DNA of 64,000 bases from a virus: positions 40,564 to 104,563 of the IMG/VR virus record IMGVR_UViG_3300047440_000809. One strand, 5' to 3'. The notes under the pieces are model-generated. The model saw only the letters and a program-made list of their open reading frames with translations. It ran no database searches and had not been told where the DNA came from. The translations under genes were made by a program, and so were the position numbers. This document shows positions 47,548 through 57,464 of the stretch, in pieces. How positions within the stretch are numbered: the first letter of the stretch is position 1; every line of letters starts with the position of its first letter.

Positions 47548-47814
47548 ATGAAGACCATCTACAAGTACGCAGCACCGATCGACGACGATCTGACCATCAT
47601 GATGCCCGCAGCCGCCGAGGTGCTCTGCGTGCAGCTACAAGGTGCCGGTCCGCAAATCTGGGCGCTGGTCGACCCGAGCGCGCCTCACGAGTTGCGGCGC
47701 TTTCACTGGCGTGGCACCGGGCATCCCGCCGATGGGCTCGGCCGCTACGTCGGCACGGTGCAGGGGGCAGGCGGCGCGCTCATCTTCCATCTGTTCGAGA
47801 GGAGAATCGGATGA
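47548..47814 (+). CDS. conserved phage hypothetical protein
   Basis: KTIYKY...IWALVDP...GTGH...YVGT...FHLFE. Confidence 0.7.
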   Translation: MKTIYKYAAPIDDDLTIMMPAAAEVLCVQLQGAGPQIWALVDPSAPHELRRFHWRGTGHPADGLGRYVGTVQGAGGALIFHLFERRIG

Positions 47815-48368
47815 CCTCGCCCTCCAAATACTTTGCGCCGCAGGCGCCGGTGTCCGAAGACGAAGACGTCACCATCGAAGCACTCCAGCGCGCTGGCATC
47901 GTCAGCAGCGCCCCGACGCTTGCCAAGCCCGCTGGCAGCTCCCCCGCCCTGCGCATCGCCTGCCCGGTGTGCGCCGCGCCGCCCGGCGCCTACTGCATGA
48001 AGGGGCACGGCAAGATCCAGGTGATCGCCCACAAGCGTCGACGCGAGATGGAGGAGGCAACCCGTGGCACGTAAGGCCCCGAAGCTCCCCGTCTTCGGCG
48101 CAACAGCCAAGCCGGGGCTCGTCGTCATCGTCGGTGGCGCCGGCTACAACTTCGGCTGCGGGACCTGCGGACGGCGCTGGGATATGCCCTATGGTGGCTA
48201 CGCCGTGGGCTTCGTGAAGGCGGCTGCGAATACGCACACCTGGCGATGCGCTCGGCTGACCCCGCAGGAGCGCCGCAAGCAGAACGCTCGGGATGAGCGT
48301 CGGTGGGCAAAGACGCCGCCCAAGAACGCAACGGTCTACAACATGCCTGACCACCCGGGGCTACGCGA

Positions 48369-48872
48369 ATGACGAAGCATCTCGACGTCGCCGGCACCAC
48401 GTACAACGACATCGTCACCTGGCGCTGGGAGCGCTCGCGCATGCGCTGGGTGTCGACCCTGAGCGACGGCACTGAGCTGGTGGTTGCGCTCCAGCGCTTC
48501 GGCCGACGGTCGTTCTGGAACCCGTCGGTCAACGGCAAGGCGCTACCGAACAACGGGTTCCACGATCCCGAGGCGGCACAGCACGCCGCATTCGTAGCGT
48601 GGCAGACCCGCGTTCCGGTGAAGCTTGCCGACATCGCTTCCAAGATCCGCGCGCACCTCAAACGGTTCGAGGCCGACCCCAAGATCAACACCAAGCGCCG
48701 TGGCCTATCTCGCTACTACGGTGCAGGCGCACACGCCAGCGGCGCTCGTGTCGGCATGCGGTACATCGCGTTCCAGGGCGTTACCTACGTGTCCAAGGCC
48801 GACGCACTTCGATACCTGGCGTGGCTCGACGCAGGCAACGTGGGTCGGCACTTCGAGGCGCTGCGCGAATGA
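48369..48872 (+). CDS. hypothetical protein
   Basis: Coupled ORF; YLAWLDAGNVGRH. Confidence 0.6.
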   Translation: MTKHLDVAGTTYNDIVTWRWERSRMRWVSTLSDGTELVVALQRFGRRSFWNPSVNGKALPNNGFHDPEAAQHAAFVAWQTRVPVKLADIASKIRAHLKRFEADPKINTKRRGLSRYYGAGAHASGARVGMRYIAFQGVTYVSKADALRYLAWLDAGNVGRHFEALRE

Positions 48873-49113
48873 CCTCTCGCAGGCGTCCGAAGCTTCCCCA
48901 CGGCTACTGCCCGCGCTGCTTTCGGTGGATCGCGCTCGTCGTTCCCGCAGGCGGTGACGGGTCAATCCTGGTCTTCCGCACGCACGTGGGGAAGGTCGCA
49001 CCGCCGGTAACGCTTCCGAGGAGGTGTGACGGGTCGCGCATGGAAGGGACACCGACGCGATGAGCTGGTTCAACTACAGCAAGCCCCAGAGGACGCAATG
49101 ATGAAAGGACCAC

Positions 49114-50052
49114 ATGAAAGCTAAGAAGACCGATCGTACTGCTGCACGCACACTGGACACGGCTGTCGAAGCTCTTGGGAACCAACCCTCGAAAGCGACT
49201 GTGCGCCGTGCGCTTGGAAAGCCCATAGACGGTCCGCCCACAGCGGGCCGTCCCGGTGCGGGGGGAAAGACACGTGAGCGCACCACGATCCAGATCGCGC
49301 TACCACGTTTTGGCGTCGTGCCGCTGTACGTAACAGGTCAGCTCGGCTCACCGTTGATCATGCATCGGTGGGGCAAGAAGGCGATCCGCGAGATGTTGGG
49401 AAAGCACATGGGGCACGACATCCCGCAGGCTGACAAGCAGCCGTTCGAGGACTTCGTGGACACGCTCTATCGTGAGCCGAAGACGGGCGAGATGGCTGTG
49501 CGCTCGGTCATGTTCAAGGCTGCGATGCTCGCCGCGCTTCGTGAAACGCCGGGCGTGACACGCGCTGATGCTATCACCGGCATTTCGATTCTCGGCGAGC
49601 TTTCTCCCATCTATGGGCAACCGACCAACCGATTGGACCCAGTGAAGATCGGTCCGTGGGATGCACGGGTATCCGATCTCCGCTTCCGTGGCGAATACGC
49701 CGACTGGCTGGCCGTGCTCACGTTCCGTTACAACACGGCGGCGATTTCACTGACCGCGATTCACAACCTGCTGGCGACCGCAGGTGCACTCTATGGCGTC
49801 GGCGAGTGGCGCCCGACGCGCAACGGTGTGAACGGGCTTTTCTCTGTTGTTGAGAAGACCGAAGCCGAGAAGCTGATGAAGCGGCTCGGGCGCTGGAAGG
49901 TGGCTAATTTAACACCGGAAAATACCGGTACGATGGCGATTCTGGAAGAGTACGGTCTCGATGCCGCCACACTGGCCAAGCTCAAGACTGCCCCTCGATC
50001 CACAGTCGACCCCGCGAACGGGGGCGCAAACGGCACGAGCATTCACCCGTGA
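49114..50052 (+). CDS. RAMP/Cas7-like protein (candidate guide-RNA-binding effector)
   Basis: LYVTG..GSPLIMH, VRSVMFKAAM, RFRGEY.DW, C-terminal G-rich loop GALYGVGEWRP..NG..GLFSV; RBS AAAGGA. Confidence 0.7.
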   Translation: MKAKKTDRTAARTLDTAVEALGNQPSKATVRRALGKPIDGPPTAGRPGAGGKTRERTTIQIALPRFGVVPLYVTGQLGSPLIMHRWGKKAIREMLGKHMGHDIPQADKQPFEDFVDTLYREPKTGEMAVRSVMFKAAMLAALRETPGVTRADAITGISILGELSPIYGQPTNRLDPVKIGPWDARVSDLRFRGEYADWLAVLTFRYNTAAISLTAIHNLLATAGALYGVGEWRPTRNGVNGLFSVVEKTEAEKLMKRLGRWKVANLTPENTGTMAILEEYGLDAATLAKLKTAPRSTVDPANGGANGTSIHP

Positions 50053-50549
50053 GGGGCACCGAGCTGCTGGTGGCAAAGAAGTACCGCTGGAAATCTGGGT
50101 TCCGGCTGCGCGGCAACCCTGCACTTGTCGGACAACGCATCGAGCAGATCACGCAGCGAAGAGGCCGCTGCACCCGGGAGGACATCTACACAGACGCGCG
50201 GCAACGCGCGTCGCCCTTCCGTGCAGATCTGTATTCGAAGACGACCGATGCCATGATTCGCGAATGGCGATTGGAAAAAGCGAGTGAGATCCTCCGCGCA
50301 ATTCAAGTGGTGGAGATCGAAATGGTCGGAGGTGCCGAGACAGAAGTTGCAGCCCCACTTGTGTCGTTCATCCCTGAACGCGAGTACATGTTGACGACGC
50401 GCGTACTACACGACGTCGACCTGAGAAAGGAGCGGTTGGCGCAGATTGTTCGCGAGCTGGAGACATTTCGCTACAAGTTGCACGGCTTCAAGCTGCTCGT
50501 GGCGATGATCGATCGTGTGATTGCACGGGCGAAGAAGCTGAAGAAGTAG
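50049..50549 (+). CDS. helical partner protein of the RAMP-like gene
   Basis: GTGA coupling; YRWKSG...VG..IE...T.E.I..DAR..SP...WRL.KA..I. Confidence 0.7.
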   Translation: MRGTELLVAKKYRWKSGFRLRGNPALVGQRIEQITQRRGRCTREDIYTDARQRASPFRADLYSKTTDAMIREWRLEKASEILRAIQVVEIEMVGGAETEVAAPLVSFIPEREYMLTTRVLHDVDLRKERLAQIVRELETFRYKLHGFKLLVAMIDRVIARAKKLKK

Positions 50550-50555
50550 TTCTGT

Positions 50556-50840
50556 GGCAGGCAGGGATCGGCGTCCAAGGAACGGCATTGTGCTGTGCAG
50601 GTATAAAGCGGACCGGTTCGATTCGGCAGGCACGGCAGAATCCGGATCGATCGCATCGGGTGCAATCGGGAATGGAAGAGGTAGTTCACATGGAGCGGCA
50701 GGCAGGTTCCGGCACGGTCGTCACCTGTGTGCGTTCGTAGTAGGGAAGAGTGCGGGATGGAGCGGCAGGCTTGGCAGTGCAGTGTTCGTACATGGCGCGG
50801 ATCGGTGGCTGATCAGGTACGGTCCGGTTTTGGCCGGATA
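50556..50840 (+). ncRNA. degenerate pentamer (GGN-NN) array in ~68-nt units, candidate guide-RNA array
   Basis: GGCAGGC at 50556, 50625, 50697, 50764 and GGCCGG at 50832; 5-nt GG periodicity between them. Confidence 0.65.
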
Positions 50841-50851
50841 AATCACGCGGG

Positions 50852-50882
50852 GCGTCCAGCGCGACATCTGGGCGCAACTTTC
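50852..50882 (+). terminator. hairpin closing the array
   Basis: GCGTCCAG-cgcgacat-CTGGGCGC-aacttt. Confidence 0.4.
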
Positions 50883-50913
50883 ATCGAAGAGAACCGCAAA
50901 TGAGACCCAACAG

Positions 50914-51633
50914 ATGACCGCCCTCCAACGCAAGCGCAAGAAGCGTGCGGTCCTCCAGACCGACGACCTGAAGCGCATCAGGCAAGCCGCCAAGGAGATC
51001 GGCCCGCGCGAGCACGCCCTCATCGAGTGGCTCTACACGAACGGTGCCCGCGCCTCCGAGCCCGGTCTCGCCCGCCTCGATGACCTCGACCTCCACAACG
51101 GCACCGTGATGCTCACGCACCTCAAGGGCGGGCTCGCCGCGGAGCCGGTGCCGCTGTCGAAGACGTGCCTCGCGGCGCTCAAGAAGTGGCTGCCCCTCCA
51201 CGCGAACGGCAAGTCGGCGGCCGCCATCCACTACGTGTTCCCCGGCGAGCGCCCCATCGCCTGCTACCCCTGCGGCGGCACGAAGGTCGTCGTCGAGAAG
51301 CGGCGCAAGGGCCCCGGCGGGCTGCCGCTCACCACGTCCGTCCCCTGTCCCCACTGCCACGCGACCGGGACCCGCTGGGGCATCACGCGGCACGAGGTTA
51401 GACGGATCATCTCGACCGTGTTCACGCACGCCGGCATCCCCAAGGAGTTTCACTTCGCCCACGTGCTCCGGCACTCGGCCGTCACGCACATGCTCGACGA
51501 CGGCGCGTCCCCCGCTGCCATCCAGGAGCGCGTGGGGCACAAGGCACTAGCCACGACGTTCGGGTACGTGCACACGACCAAGAAGGCGCGCGCGATGGTG
51601 TCCAAGACGTTCGACGAGGAGGACGAGACGTGA
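50914..51633 (+). CDS. tyrosine recombinase catalytic domain with inserted Zn-ribbon
   Basis: GARASE, KGG, HVLRH, VGH, TFGY; CYPCGGT...CPHCHATG insert. Confidence 0.88.
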   Translation: MTALQRKRKKRAVLQTDDLKRIRQAAKEIGPREHALIEWLYTNGARASEPGLARLDDLDLHNGTVMLTHLKGGLAAEPVPLSKTCLAALKKWLPLHANGKSAAAIHYVFPGERPIACYPCGGTKVVVEKRRKGPGGLPLTTSVPCPHCHATGTRWGITRHEVRRIISTVFTHAGIPKEFHFAHVLRHSAVTHMLDDGASPAAIQERVGHKALATTFGYVHTTKKARAMVSKTFDEEDET

Positions 51634-51850
51634 CGACCGAGACTGCGACTGTTCCCTGCGAGACCTGCGGCACGCCGACACCGATGCTCGGCACCAAGCG
51701 CTGCACCAACTGCTGGGAGGTCGAGAAGCGCCTGCTCGAATACCTACGCAGCATCAATGGACGCAAGTTCGTACGCAAGTGCTACGCGCGGCGCCGGGTA
51801 GCACCGGGCGTGCGGGCAAACATCGACAACCCGGAAGAGGGAGACTGAAC

Positions 51851-52141
51851 ATGGACGACGGTGAGTTTGGATACGTGGTTCTCTGGGTGCTGCTCTCGGT
51901 GCTCGTCGGCGTATGGGCAGGGAGGCGAGGGCGCAGCGGTGGACGGTGGGTGCTTCTCAGCCTGCTGATCTCGCCGGCGGTGACGGCCGTATGCATCTTG
52001 TGCTTCGGGAACCTCGCCGCGAGAACCTGCCCGGCGTGTGCCGAGGATGTCAGAAAAGAGGCGACCGTCTGCAAGCACTGTCACAGACCGCTGCCGGTCG
52101 AGGCGCTCAACGACGCCGCCCAGAGGTTCTTAGGGCGATGA
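51851..52141 (+). CDS. membrane protein with C-terminal zinc ribbon
   Basis: TMs plus CPACAE...CKHC. Confidence 0.65.
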   Translation: MDDGEFGYVVLWVLLSVLVGVWAGRRGRSGGRWVLLSLLISPAVTAVCILCFGNLAARTCPACAEDVRKEATVCKHCHRPLPVEALNDAAQRFLGR

Positions 52142-52726
52142 GCAAACGCATCGCGTATACAGCCGTCAACCGTGTACCTGACGATGCCTCGGAATGGGTC
52201 GTGGCTGTTGCCACCGAGGGCACGCGTGGCATGGTCCCGTCGCCCGAGTACGGCTGCTTCGACAACATCGGTAGCGCCTCTACGGTAGCGCGGCGGCTCA
52301 ATGAACAACTCGGGCTAACACCGCTAACGGCCATGAAGATCCTCATGGATTGCATGCGTGACACAGGCGAGGAGTCCTGATGGGCGTCACCGGGCACAAG
52401 CCGCTGGCTGAGATCAAGTATCAGCCGCTCAAATTCTCTACGGAGCGGTTCAAGGTGGAGTGCCCGGTTTGCGGCGCGTCCATTCACTACGTGCAGTTCG
52501 CGCCAGTGCATCCGTCGGGGCACTGGGAAGAATTCGTGGTGTACAAGTGCCGCGCCAACTACGCCTACACAGAGCGCGAGGGGCTTCACATCGTAGGCGA
52601 GTGCCCGACGGTCCGACCGTTCTGCTTGCACTGCAAGGAACGGCGTACGACCGAAGAGTCGCGCTTCTGTAGTGATCGATGCGGCCGCGCGTGGGCCGAT
52701 GAAGAAATGTCTAAGGGTGCCGCTCG

Positions 52727-53059
52727 ATGAGCCGTCGGCAGTGCGCGAAGTGCCCGTGGCGCAAGGACGTCGATCCGAACGACATCCCGAACGGCTACTG
52801 CGCGACCAAGCACGCCAACCTGAAGAACACCATCGCGCACCCGGACGTCATCAACGTCGGCATGCTCAGGATGATGGCCTGCCACGAGAGCAAGCCCGGA
52901 AAGGAGGTCGCCTGCGTGGGCTGGCTCGCGAACCAGCTCGGGCCCGGCAACAACATCGGCCTGCGCATCAAGGCGATGCGCGACCGCACGTTGACTGACT
53001 TCGAGCTGGTGGGCGAGCAGCACGAGACGTTCGAGGACACACTGCCGGAGGGACGCTGA
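52727..53059 (+). CDS. DUF6283-like Cys-rich phage protein
   Basis: CAKCPWRKD, MACHES, CVGWL. Confidence 0.6.
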   Translation: MSRRQCAKCPWRKDVDPNDIPNGYCATKHANLKNTIAHPDVINVGMLRMMACHESKPGKEVACVGWLANQLGPGNNIGLRIKAMRDRTLTDFELVGEQHETFEDTLPEGR

Positions 53060-53907
53060 TGTTGAGCGCCAACCAGCGCCGCAACCTGGAGCGCATCCTG
53101 ACCGACCTCAAGGAGGTGCAGGCGGACATGCACATCACGGACGCGTACACCCGCACGGTTGTACCGCAGCTAGAAGACGCCGAAGGCTACGTGGGCGAGG
53201 CCATCGGTGCTGTCGGGATGGCGCTCGGGAGGCTCGTACCGTAATGCCACGCTTCCTTCGTCGCCTCTGGCTGCGGCTCACCTACCTGCCCGTGCCCTGC
53301 GAGAGCTGCAACGGCACGGGCATCTGCGCCACGCTCCAGGCCGGTAGGCCCCCGAGCCGCCCCCACTCCTGCTGTGGTGACTGCGGGCGCAAGTACGTCA
53401 CGCAGGCGGACGTGCCGCCGGGATTCTGTGACAGCCCGGACGAGCGCCCGATCATCGGCGACGGCATCATGTGGCGGAGGCCGTGGTCGAAGCAGCAGGT
53501 GTTGAGGCCGGACCGATGAAGACCATCATCATCACTGTCGCGGGGTTTGCCGCCACCGCGAACATCGTCGTCCTCATCGACTACTTCCGACTTCGCCTCA
53601 AGCGCAACGCCAGCTGCGATACGTGCGCGCAGCTGGCGGCGGAGGCGCTGGCGGGAGACGTCGTAGACGGTATACGCATGCCAGAGCCGAACGATCCGAG
53701 GTGGGCACCGGTAGACATCATAGTCATGCTCCAATCGGGAAAAGAATCAAAGATGAAAGCCATTGCCTTAGGCGATGTGCGCGTGTGCCTGGGCAACGAT
53801 CCGACCGTGTTCTTCGGCAACGGTCCTGGAGTAAACGGTGGTGGCTACGCAGCACGCGTGGTCCGCGCCTATCGACAGCGCCTCGCCGACAATGCCCGAG
53901 GTACCTC

Positions 53908-54321
53908 ATGAGCAAGCGCGAGGCGGTTCTGTGTGACAAGGCGACGGCGGGGTCTGAGCGGTTCGTCGGGGACGGCAAGCCGAACGTCAAAACACCGGGG
54001 AAGAAGTGCCCGAACATGGCCATCGGGCAGTGCCCGATCTGTGACGACGACATCTGTGTGGCGCACGCGCTGCACCCGAAGGGCGGACTGGCGATCACGC
54101 TGAAGCTCACCGGGGTCAACACGAGCACGAACCCACCGCTGGACAAGACCATGGCGGATAATCACTGCGCGCTGCCCGTCTGCTTCGAATGTGGTGTGAA
54201 GATCAGCGGCTATACCTACTTCGAAGATGCCGCCCGCGACGTCATCGAGATGACTGCGACGAACCTTCGAGCCGCACTGGCGGCTCGGGCGCTCAAGCTG
54301 GCAGAGTCGGAGAAGCCGTAA
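53908..54321 (+). CDS. Zn-finger (B-box-like) protein, paralog of 5702-6046
   Basis: CD...CPICDDDICVAH...CFEC. Confidence 0.6.
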   Translation: MSKREAVLCDKATAGSERFVGDGKPNVKTPGKKCPNMAIGQCPICDDDICVAHALHPKGGLAITLKLTGVNTSTNPPLDKTMADNHCALPVCFECGVKISGYTYFEDAARDVIEMTATNLRAALAARALKLAESEKP

Positions 54322-54949
54322 TCCGCGCGTACGCCTGAAGCGCCGCGAGGTCACCCTGGAAGTAGTCCGCGTCGCACTCGCCCACGCCGGGGCACGCGTA
54401 CTCGGGGCCCGTCTCGCCGCCGTCGGTCCACTGCCAGATCGACCACGTGTCCCACGGTGCCGGCACCACGGGCTCGGCGCCCGAGGCGTTGTACCGCGGC
54501 AGCCACAGGTCGGGCTTCACCACGTCGGCTGGCCACGCCGGAGACCCGATCTGCTTCCACACTCGGTTTGACCAGTATAGGATCGGCTTCCGGTCCTTGT
54601 ACGTCTGGGCGATCTCGTGCATCCACATCGCGATCCAGTCGATGTTGGGCGGCGTCTTCCCCTCGACGTCGAGCGCGAGCCGCTCGTTGTTGCGCAGAGG
54701 CCCCACGGCGTCGAGGAGGCGTTCTGCCTGGTGGGTGGGATCGCCCTCGGTCGCGTAGTGGAAGTAGATGCCCAGCTCGAATGGCTGCTGCCGGAAGCCG
54801 TCCCGGTGGGAGCGCAGCGTGGGGTCAACGCTCAGGTTGCCCTGCGTGGCCTTGATCCCCATGAAGGTGACGCCGGCGTCTTGGATGAGCCCCCAGTCCC
54901 TGACCGGGTGGAAGTGGTTGACGTCTATGCCGCGAGCACGATCAGCCAT
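54293..54949 (-). CDS. GH25 muramidase (endolysin)
   Basis: GIDV, IKATQG, GIYF, ALDVE, LWLPRY, WQWT, DAD. Confidence 0.9.
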   Translation of the reverse strand: MADRARGIDVNHFHPVRDWGLIQDAGVTFMGIKATQGNLSVDPTLRSHRDGFRQQPFELGIYFHYATEGDPTHQAERLLDAVGPLRNNERLALDVEGKTPPNIDWIAMWMHEIAQTYKDRKPILYWSNRVWKQIGSPAWPADVVKPDLWLPRYNASGAEPVVPAPWDTWSIWQWTDGGETGPEYACPGVGECDADYFQGDLAALQAYARITASPTLPA

Positions 54950-55001
54950 GACGAAAGTCTCCGGCCGGACGGGGTGTGGCGTCAAATCCACAGGTGGGGT
55001 G

Positions 55002-55081
55002 TGATAACTTGTTGGCACCTGGGGGTGGCGTGGTGATATAGCCACATGGTGTCCTGATATCAGCATGGCATGGGGGGTGCA
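55002..55081 (+). promoter_or_regulatory. TGATATCAG box plus sigma54-type promoter
   Basis: CTGATATCAGCA-TGGCATGGGGGGTGCA; upstream TGATAACTTGTTGGCAC. Confidence 0.6.
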
Positions 55082-55107
55082 TTCTCTAGAGAGCAAGGAG
55101 ACGCGCC

Positions 55108-56055
55108 ATGACAAAGACCACCAAGCGAACCGACATTCACCGCCCCGGGGCCATCATCCCCGCCGACTACTCGTGCTGGGGGTTCTTCGACTTCGGCGGC
55201 GCCAACGAGCCGCCGTGGGGCACCGAGATCCTGTCCTCGCCTGCCGTCCACGCGGCCGGCTACGCGCGCAGCGGTGACGACATCAAGGGCAACTGCCACG
55301 TCTGCGGCGCGCGCTTCCGCTTCGGTGCGCTCTTCCAGCACACCCCGACCGGCAAGTTCATCATCTTCGGCCACGACTGCGCGAGCAAGTACGAGATGCT
55401 CGCCGACTTCGCGGCCGCCGAGGAGACTCGGGAGATGCACCGCCGCGCGAACGCCCCGGCCATCCAGGCGGCGAAGCGCGCCCGCGACTACGAGCGCTAT
55501 CTCGACCGCAACCCGGGCCTCCGCGAGGCGCTCGCTTGCGGCCATCGCATCACGAACGACCTCGCCGAGAAGCTCCGGCAGTACCGCTCGCTCTCGCCCG
55601 CGCAGATCGCGCTCGCGCACAAGCTCCACAGCGAGCTGTTCTGCCCTGCCCGCCCGACCGAGGCCAACGTCCCCGCCCCCGTCGGCCGTCAGACGGTCCG
55701 TGGCATCGTGGTGAGCTGCAAGACCTACGATAGCGACTTCGGCGTCACGCTCAAGATGACGGTCAAGGTCACCACGGCCGCCGGCACCTGGCTCTGCTGG
55801 GGCACCGTCCCCGAGTCGCTCCGGGATGCCTGCCACGCTGCCGCGCATGGCCCCGGCCACATCAAGGGCGCCGAGGTCGAGTTCACGGCCACGCTCAAGA
55901 AGGGCCGCGAGGCGCACTTCGCCATCTTCTCGCGCCCGACTAACGGCAGTCTCATCACCCCGTCGCCGGCGGCCGAGGAGTCGGCGAGGCTGTCAGTTCG
56001 GCCGGGCCTGGCGGTCACGCTGTGCGAGAAGATGAACGCGGAGATGGCGTCGTGA
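55108..56055 (+). CDS. hypothetical protein (Zn-finger N-terminus, possible OB-fold C-terminus)
   Basis: CHVCG...GHDC; RBS AAGGAG. Confidence 0.7.
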   Translation: MTKTTKRTDIHRPGAIIPADYSCWGFFDFGGANEPPWGTEILSSPAVHAAGYARSGDDIKGNCHVCGARFRFGALFQHTPTGKFIIFGHDCASKYEMLADFAAAEETREMHRRANAPAIQAAKRARDYERYLDRNPGLREALACGHRITNDLAEKLRQYRSLSPAQIALAHKLHSELFCPARPTEANVPAPVGRQTVRGIVVSCKTYDSDFGVTLKMTVKVTTAAGTWLCWGTVPESLRDACHAAAHGPGHIKGAEVEFTATLKKGREAHFAIFSRPTNGSLITPSPAAEESARLSVRPGLAVTLCEKMNAEMAS

Positions 56056-56887
56056 AGAGCTGCCCCATCTGCACGTCTGCTGTTACTCGCATCGGGTTCA
56101 CCACGTGCGGTCGTTCGCGCTGCCAGGAAGCGGCCTACCGTGCAAACCTGGCGCGGAACGCACGCAAGGGTGCGCGCAAGACGCAGCTCGAACGTGAGGC
56201 ACACGATGCGGCCTTGCGTGCATGCGCCGACGTTCACGGCATCGCGGGCGCGGCCACCTTCGTCTGAAAGGAGCAATCTGACCACCATGAAAATCGAGCG
56301 CACATGTCCTGGGTGTCGGCGCCGTCTGTACGTCAGGGTGCGGATCATGGACCGCGATGTGCCGCTGGCGACGTGCGACAACTGCGGTAAGGAGTGGAAA
56401 ACAAGGCTGACACGCGAAGAATGGCAAGACCTGCACTCGATCCCTCTGGAGGCCACGCGCGTGCCCGCGCGGCACGCCTGGCGAGCGTCGGACATCGGAG
56501 ACGTCTGTCTCAAGTGTCATCGCATGCTCGGCGAGGTCGCCGAGGATTCTGCGTGCCCCCACGCGGGGTGATTGCTGGCACGACGAGTGCAACAGCGAGA
56601 ATGACCATGGCCAACCACATGACCCTTCCAGTGCTTCCATACGAGAAGTTCCGACGGCTCAGCCCTGCCCAGCAGGTCTTCTTGAACGTGCTCAGCCTCT
56701 ACGGAGACTCGCGACCTCCGTACGGGCAGCACGATTCAGGGCGGCATGCTTCCGCGTGGCACCGAACAGCGCGGTCCTTGGCCCGGCTTGGCTACGCCAA
56801 CGTGGCCCGCGAAGGGCGCGGCTACGTGGTGTGCCCTCTCGTGCGCACGACCTCGTACTCGTCTGAGATGTAACGGAAAGGACCCCA

Positions 56888-57118
56888 ATGACCCTCATCA
56901 TCTTCGCCCTCCTCATCGGCATGGCGCTCGGCGCGATCCTCAAGGGCGCGCTCAAGATCGCCATCGTGGTCACGCTCGCGGTAGCGGCCGTCGTCTTCAC
57001 CTGCCGCGAGCTGAAGATCGACTGGCACAACCTGCTGAACGTAGCGGCCGATCAGGCGGTCGAGCAGTATCACCACGTGGAGCCCCCACGGCAACACCGA
57101 ACCGGAGGTTACCTATGA
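56888..57118 (+). CDS. small membrane protein
   Basis: Hydrophobic N-terminal half; RBS. Confidence 0.6.
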   Translation: MTLIIFALLIGMALGAILKGALKIAIVVTLAVAAVVFTCRELKIDWHNLLNVAADQAVEQYHHVEPPRQHRTGGYL

Positions 57119-57464
57119 CACACATCGCGGCCGCGGGACTTCTCGTCATCAGCTTCGTACGGTATGGGCAGGGCAAGACTCTCGACGCGATCTACGCTGC
57201 GTGCTGTGCAGCCGTTCTGCTCCTCGGCCAGATCGCGATCAACACGAACAAGAAGTAGTATCGGCAGCGTGAGCTGCTGGTTCTTGTCCTTCTTCTGGAA
57301 GCGCGGCGATGACCCTGTCTGGCGTCCCGAGAACGCCACGACCAAGGGCGAGCACCCCCTCGCCTACATGAACCGAGCGCGCGACGCCTACCCCGATCGC
57401 GAGTACAAGCTGTTGTTCTTCTACGAAATCCCCCCGGAGGTCTTCGCCTTCGCGCGCGGCGCCG

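Noticed and set aside
50556-50840. Canonical CRISPR array, or the 95-aa ORF 50554-50841
   Set aside because: The constant part is only ~7 nt, there is no repeat-spacer structure and no cas1/2. The ORF has a GTG start without an RBS, and its G/R/S-rich translation is what a pentamer array would produce.
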